DNA of 64,000 nucleotides from Deltaproteobacteria bacterium (GTDB taxonomy: Bacteria > Desulfobacterota > Desulfuromonadia > Geobacterales > Pseudopelobacteraceae): positions 5,648-69,647 of the forward strand of contig DAONZY010000005.1 of NCBI GenBank assembly GCA_035407085.1, given 5' to 3'. A program made the position numbers and the translations under genes. The notes beneath the pieces were generated by a model. It was not told where the DNA came from and ran no database searches. It saw only the letters and a list, made by a program, of their open reading frames with translations. Positions 62,581 through 64,000 of the stretch are shown here, piece after piece. Numbering within the stretch: position 1 is the stretch's first letter; each line of letters opens with the position of its first letter.

Positions 62581-62863
62581 GCGGCCTTGCGCTTGCCAAG
62601 GCAGCATACCCCGGATTGCCGTAATCTGTTTTAACCGCATCGCCGTTTCTCGCTGCTGGGAGAATCCATCATCTCCTGACTTCCGCGGTCAACACCAACT
62701 ATCCACACGCACAATCCAGTGATTCAAAGAACACTCTTTGACTATAGTATACCACCAGTAACAGCTGATGTTGAGTCGTTATAAAAGCCCGCACCTTTAT
62801 TGCCAGAATGGTCTGCCACTCTTAGCGGTTTCAATTTCATGACTGATTTGCTACTATTCCTGC

Positions 62864-63322
62864 ATGGGTGAAAAACTGATCTGTAATAACAAAAAGGCCT
62901 ACCACGATTACTTTGTGGAAGAAAAACTTGAGGCCGGGATAGTGCTGCAAGGCACGGAAGTTAAATCACTGCGGTCTGGCAAGGCCAATCTGAATGATGC
63001 CTTCATGCAGGTAAAGAGCGGCGAGGCCTTCCTGCACAACCTGCACATATCAGCATACGAGTTTGGTAACCGGCAGAACCACGATCCGGATCGCCACCGC
63101 AAACTGCTGCTGCATCGCAAGGAAATCGACAAATTGTTTGCAGGTATCCGGGAAAAGGGTTATGCTGCCATCCCTTTGCGCATGTACTTTAAAAACGGAC
63201 TGGTCAAGGTTGAGATAGGTCTGGCAAAGGGTAAAAAACTGCACGACAAGCGGGAGGATCTGAAGAAAAAGGATTCTCACCGCGAAATATCCCAAGCGCT
63301 GAAGGCAAGAAATCGGGATTAA
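62864..63322 (+). CDS. smpB: SsrA-binding protein
   Basis: 152 aa with typical blocks ([28 protein letters not shown]). The tmRNA gene lies immediately downstream. Confidence 0.96.
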   Translation: MGEKLICNNKKAYHDYFVEEKLEAGIVLQGTEVKSLRSGKANLNDAFMQVKSGEAFLHNLHISAYEFGNRQNHDPDRHRKLLLHRKEIDKLFAGIREKGYAAIPLRMYFKNGLVKVEIGLAKGKKLHDKREDLKKKDSHREISQALKARNRD

Positions 63323-63444
63323 TCCGTGACTCGTGTCCGGAGACCGTTGACCGTTAATATTACGGGTTAGGCTAAGGTCACGAATAACGGAATCAATAAG
63401 TGGTAACGATGAGCGGTCAACGAACACGGACAACGATTTTACAA

Positions 63445-63798
63445 GGGGGTGTAAAGGTTTCGACGGGGAATTGAATTTCTGGATTGCACCGGGTCGGGGC
63501 AGGTGGCCGACCTTAATAAACCTGCAACGGCTTAATTGCCGACAATTATAACACTCCTGTTGCACTAGCTGCTTAACAGGCGCCCCCGACCGAGATGCCG
63601 ATGGTAGGAAGGGGGCGTCATTTACTATCGGATAGGGAAGCGCAACGCCCGTAGCGCAACCCGAACCTCAACGGGATCGCTGGTCTGATGCTTTGTCATT
63701 TGCGCAACGGCCCGGCTAAATTGAGCAACTGACTAACGGTGTAGTAATTCAGATTGTAGGTTTTTCGGACGCGGGTTCGATTCCCGCCACCTCCACCA
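63445..63798 (+). ncRNA. ssrA: tmRNA (transfer-messenger RNA)
   Basis: The 5' GGGGGTG pairs with the 3' CACCTCC-ACCA, including a G3:U wobble. GTTTCGACGGGG follows the 5' end. T-arm GGGTTCGATTCCCGC. The internal tag reading frame 63538-63576 (GCC GAC AAT TAT AAC ACT CCT GTT GCA CTA GCT GCT TAA) encodes ADNYNTPVALAA. Confidence 0.93.
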
Positions 63799-63810
63799 TT
63801 TAAAAAAGAC

Positions 63811-63860
63811 AAACCCGTCTCTCTGGGGGTCATTCTCCGAGGTGACGGGTTTTCTTTTTT
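63811..63860. terminator. Rho-independent terminator after ssrA (possibly bidirectional)
   Basis: AAACCCGTC (63811-63819) pairs with GACGGGTTT (63844-63852) and is followed by TCTTTTTT. A convergent minus-strand ORF ends at 63871. Confidence 0.8.
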
Positions 63861-63870
63861 CCCGTTGTTT

Positions 63871-64000
63871 CTAAAGGGGTTGCAGCTGTTTCACGTCTTT
63901 CCAAAACACCTCTCCGCACCATCGATTCTCCACATCCTCCGACTCTTCGTCTACGGCACCCTGAAACGGGGCTACTGGAACCATCAACGCTTCTGCGCCC
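63871..64000 (-). CDS. 3' end of an unidentified minus-strand gene running off the window
   Basis: Hand translation of the minus strand gives an open frame ...EALMVPVAPFQGAVDEESEDVENRWCGEVFWKDVKQLQPL ending in a stop (CTA at 63871-63873 on the plus strand). It is too short to assign. Confidence 0.3.
   Translation of the reverse strand, partial: GAEALMVPVAPFQGAVDEESEDVENRWCGEVFWKDVKQLQPL

Overview
Core-genome window from what looks like a Desulfuromonadales (Geobacter/Pelobacter/Desulfuromonas-like) deltaproteobacterium. That assignment is inferred from protein sequences and gene order; no search was run. About 1-26.3 kb is the classic transcription/translation supercluster on the + strand. 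It runs from the rpoB 3' part and rpoC through rpsL-rpsG-fusA-tuf into a gap-free S10-spc-alpha block (rpsJ to rplQ, including secY, adk, map and a hand-found rpmJ), and ends at one strong terminator. 26.3-40.5 kb is a dense signal-transduction neighbourhood. It holds a DUF327 gene, an NtrY/NtrX-like pair, tadA behind a Cache-HAMP-PAS-SpoIIE phosphatase, a hybrid kinase, a kinase plus Rcp1-like regulator, and a frameshifted chemoreceptor. 40.5-63.9 kb is housekeeping mixed with uncharacterised genes. These include an HExxH lipoprotein with a DUF1847 gene, xerD, an MBL hydrolase, purB, mscS, and a lipoprotein/OmpA pair. They are followed by purL-recQ-purQ-purF-pyrE, a REC-PAS-GAF-HD-GYP protein, an archaeal-type SAM synthetase, tlyA, a HIT protein, two tandem DUF4124 genes, smpB and ssrA (tmRNA). 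I found no CRISPR array, transposon, prophage or recognisable defence island, and no convincing novel multi-gene system. The most notable observations are five. (1) tuf is a sharp codon-usage/GC island inside an AT-leaning r-protein block. (2) An archaeal-type methionine adenosyltransferase sits in a bacterial context. (3) A single-base frameshift splits the MCP gene. (4) An unassigned zincin-motif lipoprotein is paired with a Cys-rich DUF1847 gene. (5) There are several structured non-coding elements: the rpoB-rpoC spacer, a long str leader, and the smpB-ssrA spacer. Many ORF-track starts are N-terminally over-extended and were trimmed using SD spacing and conserved N-termini.
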